A DNA stretch of 61,099 nucleotides. It comes from an uncultured Bacteroides sp. Lineage in GTDB: Bacteria; Bacteroidota; Bacteroidia; Bacteroidales; Muribaculaceae. The notes beneath the pieces were generated by a model that searched no databases, was not told the origin of the DNA, and was given only the letters and a program-made list of their open reading frames with translations. The stretch spans positions 1 through 61,099 of the forward strand of contig CAZRJT010000001.1 in the NCBI GenBank assembly GCA_964600585.1. The letters run 5' to 3'. The position numbers were made by a program, and so were the translations under genes. This document shows positions 59,256 through 61,099 of this stretch, piece after piece (the first letter of the stretch is position 1; each line of letters starts with the position of its first letter).

Positions 59256-60677
59256 ATGGAGGCAGTGTTTAAATACATCATTGGGCTTGGCGCCGCAGTG
59301 ATGATGCCGATTATCTTCACTGTATTGGGCTTGTGTATCGGCATTAAATTTGGTGATGCCTTGAAGTCGGGTTTACGCGTCGGCGTGGGCTTTGTTGGTC
59401 TGTCTGTAATCACGGCTCTGCTGACTTCGAGTCTTGGGCCGGCTCTTGACTCTGTGGTTAATATTTATGATTTGCAGCTCCATGTGTTCGATATGGGCTG
59501 GCCTGCCGCAGCGGCGGTGGCCTATAATACGGCAGTTGGAGCTTTGATAATACCTGTGTGTTTAGGTGTTAATCTGCTTATGCTTTTCACTAAGACCACG
59601 CGTACGGTCAACATCGATTTATGGAACTATTGGCATTTTGCTTTCATTGGCGGATTGATATATTTCGCTTCCGATTCGCTCATATGGGGATTTTTCGGTG
59701 CCATTATCTGCTATGTGATTACTCTCGTGCTTGCCGATATGACGGCAAAGCGATTTCAGCATTTTTATAAGGATATGGATGGTATTTCCATTCCCCAGCC
59801 ATTTTGTGCCGGATTTGCACCGTTTGCCTACGTGATAAACAATTTTCTCGACCGCATTCCGGGAATGAATAAGCTCAACATCGATGCTGAAGGAATGAAG
59901 AGGAAATTTGGTGTGCTTGGCGAGCCTTTGTTCCTTGGTGTGATAGTGGGTGTCGGTATCGGTTGCCTCACCTGCCAGTCATGGGCTGAGATTTCCGACC
60001 GCGTGCCCTACATCCTCGGGCTCGGAATAAAGATGGGAGCAGTTATGGAACTTATACCCCGTGTCACGGTGTTGTTCATCGAAGGGTTGAAGCCTATAAG
60101 CGACGCCACCCGTTCGCTGATTGCGCGTAAATTCAAGGGTGCGGAGGGCCTGAACATCGGTATGAGTCCGGCTTTGGTCATCGGACACCCCACGACGTTG
60201 GTCGTATCGTTGCTGCTGATTCCGTTCACATTGATTTTGGCCGTTTTGCTCCCTGATAACCAGTTCCTTCCGTTAGCCTCTTTGGCCGGGATGTTCTATG
60301 TGTTTCCATTAGTATTGCCATACACTAACGGAAATGTGTTGAAAACATTTATTGTCGGCATAGTTATGATGACTTTGGGCCTGTATCTGGTCACCAATTT
60401 GGCTCCATGGTTTACATTGGCGGCAAAAGATGTCTACGCTGCTACCGGCGATGGTGCCGTGGCCATACCGGATGGCTTCGAAGGTGGAAGTCTTGACTTT
60501 GCATCCAGTCCGTTGGCATGGATTATATTCAAATGCACATATTCGTTTAAATGGATCGGCACATGCATACTTGTGTTGCTCACGATGGGTATGGTGTGGT
60601 GGAATAGATTGCAAATCACAAAGAAACAGGTTGAGATGGGCGTGTTTAGGGCCGGTGCTGCTGACGAAAATGACTAA
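59256..60677 (+). CDS. PTS galactitol-type EIIC (GatC-like) membrane transporter, stand-alone
   Basis: LGAAVMMP, GVGFVG, DMGWPAAA, TVNIDLWNYWH, GISIP, EGLKPIS and IGHP. Confidence 0.85.
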   Translation: MEAVFKYIIGLGAAVMMPIIFTVLGLCIGIKFGDALKSGLRVGVGFVGLSVITALLTSSLGPALDSVVNIYDLQLHVFDMGWPAAAAVAYNTAVGALIIPVCLGVNLLMLFTKTTRTVNIDLWNYWHFAFIGGLIYFASDSLIWGFFGAIICYVITLVLADMTAKRFQHFYKDMDGISIPQPFCAGFAPFAYVINNFLDRIPGMNKLNIDAEGMKRKFGVLGEPLFLGVIVGVGIGCLTCQSWAEISDRVPYILGLGIKMGAVMELIPRVTVLFIEGLKPISDATRSLIARKFKGAEGLNIGMSPALVIGHPTTLVVSLLLIPFTLILAVLLPDNQFLPLASLAGMFYVFPLVLPYTNGNVLKTFIVGIVMMTLGLYLVTNLAPWFTLAAKDVYAATGDGAVAIPDGFEGGSLDFASSPLAWIIFKCTYSFKWIGTCILVLLTMGMVWWNRLQITKKQVEMGVFRAGAADEND

Positions 60678-60696
60678 ATAGTTTACATATATTGAT

Positions 60697-61099
60697 ATGA
60701 GCAAGATTATAACTCTTGGAGAGATAATGCTGCGACTCTCGCCTTCCGGGTCGGCACGCTTTGTGCAGTCCGATTCGTTCGAGGTGATATGGGGTGGTGG
60801 TGAAGCCAATGTGGCTGTGAGTTGTGCAAACTATGGACACGATGCTTTCTTCGTGTCGAAGTTGCCTAAACATGAAATAGGGCAGTCGGCCCTTAATGCG
60901 CTTCGCAGATACGGGGTGAGGACCGAATATATAGCGCGTGGCGGTAATCGAGTAGGAATATATTACTGTGAAACCGGTGCATCGATGCGCCCGTCTAAGG
61001 TAATTTACGATCGTGCCGGGTCGGCTATATCGGAGGCTGACCCCGAAGATTTTGATTTCGACAAAATTATGGAGGGTGCCGATTGGTTTCACTGGAGCG
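60697..61099 (+). CDS. kdgK: 2-keto-3-deoxygluconate kinase (PfkB family), truncated by the window edge
   Basis: Hand translation gives MSKIITLGEIMLRLSP...GGGEANVA...RVGIYYCETGASMRPSKVIYDRAGS...DWFHWS. It is missing from the ORF track because there is no stop. Confidence 0.88.
   Translation, partial: MSKIITLGEIMLRLSPSGSARFVQSDSFEVIWGGGEANVAVSCANYGHDAFFVSKLPKHEIGQSALNALRRYGVRTEYIARGGNRVGIYYCETGASMRPSKVIYDRAGSAISEADPEDFDFDKIMEGADWFHWS

Overview
A chromosomal window from a Bacteroidales gut bacterium, plausibly Muribaculaceae. The assignment is inferred from protein families, TAnnTTTG promoters, a T9SS C-terminal domain and an frc-oxc operon. Left and middle (0-40 kb): a CotH-kinase/ricin/T9SS protein; a BlaI, BlaR1(M56)-TonB_C and M23-like/S41 protease operon with twin operators; rpoD; an ABC exporter; DAACS, SulP and MATE transporters; rsgA, miaA, a DPP-IV, a receiver/PEP-synthase-like protein and ftsK-lolA-trxB; an oxalate operon (frc-oxc-AEC transporter); and an ECF sigma module. 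Right (40.8-61.1 kb): an HTCS-centred cluster that looks like an arabinogalactan-protein (gum arabic type) utilisation locus. It holds a GH43-GH51 fusion, a PL42/GH145-like enzyme, GH43_24, araD-araA-araB, a GH105-GH154 fusion, kduD/dhuD, DUF4861, an orphan GatC-like PTS IIC and a partial kdgK, with no susC/susD in view. The most notable non-obvious signals are: (1) four promoters sharing a TTGA direct-repeat box at an identical distance from the -7 element, one of which drives only a ~165-nt non-coding, terminator-ended transcript (candidate HTCS-activated sRNA); (2) an orphan PTS IIC placed within uronate catabolism; (3) a candidate ECF-dependent sRNA and a multi-stem RNA at the left edge; (4) a coiled-coil protein with AT-hook-like and clamp-binding-like motifs. 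No CRISPR array, rRNA, complete tRNA, transposase or integrase was recognised. All family assignments come from motif recognition, not database searches.
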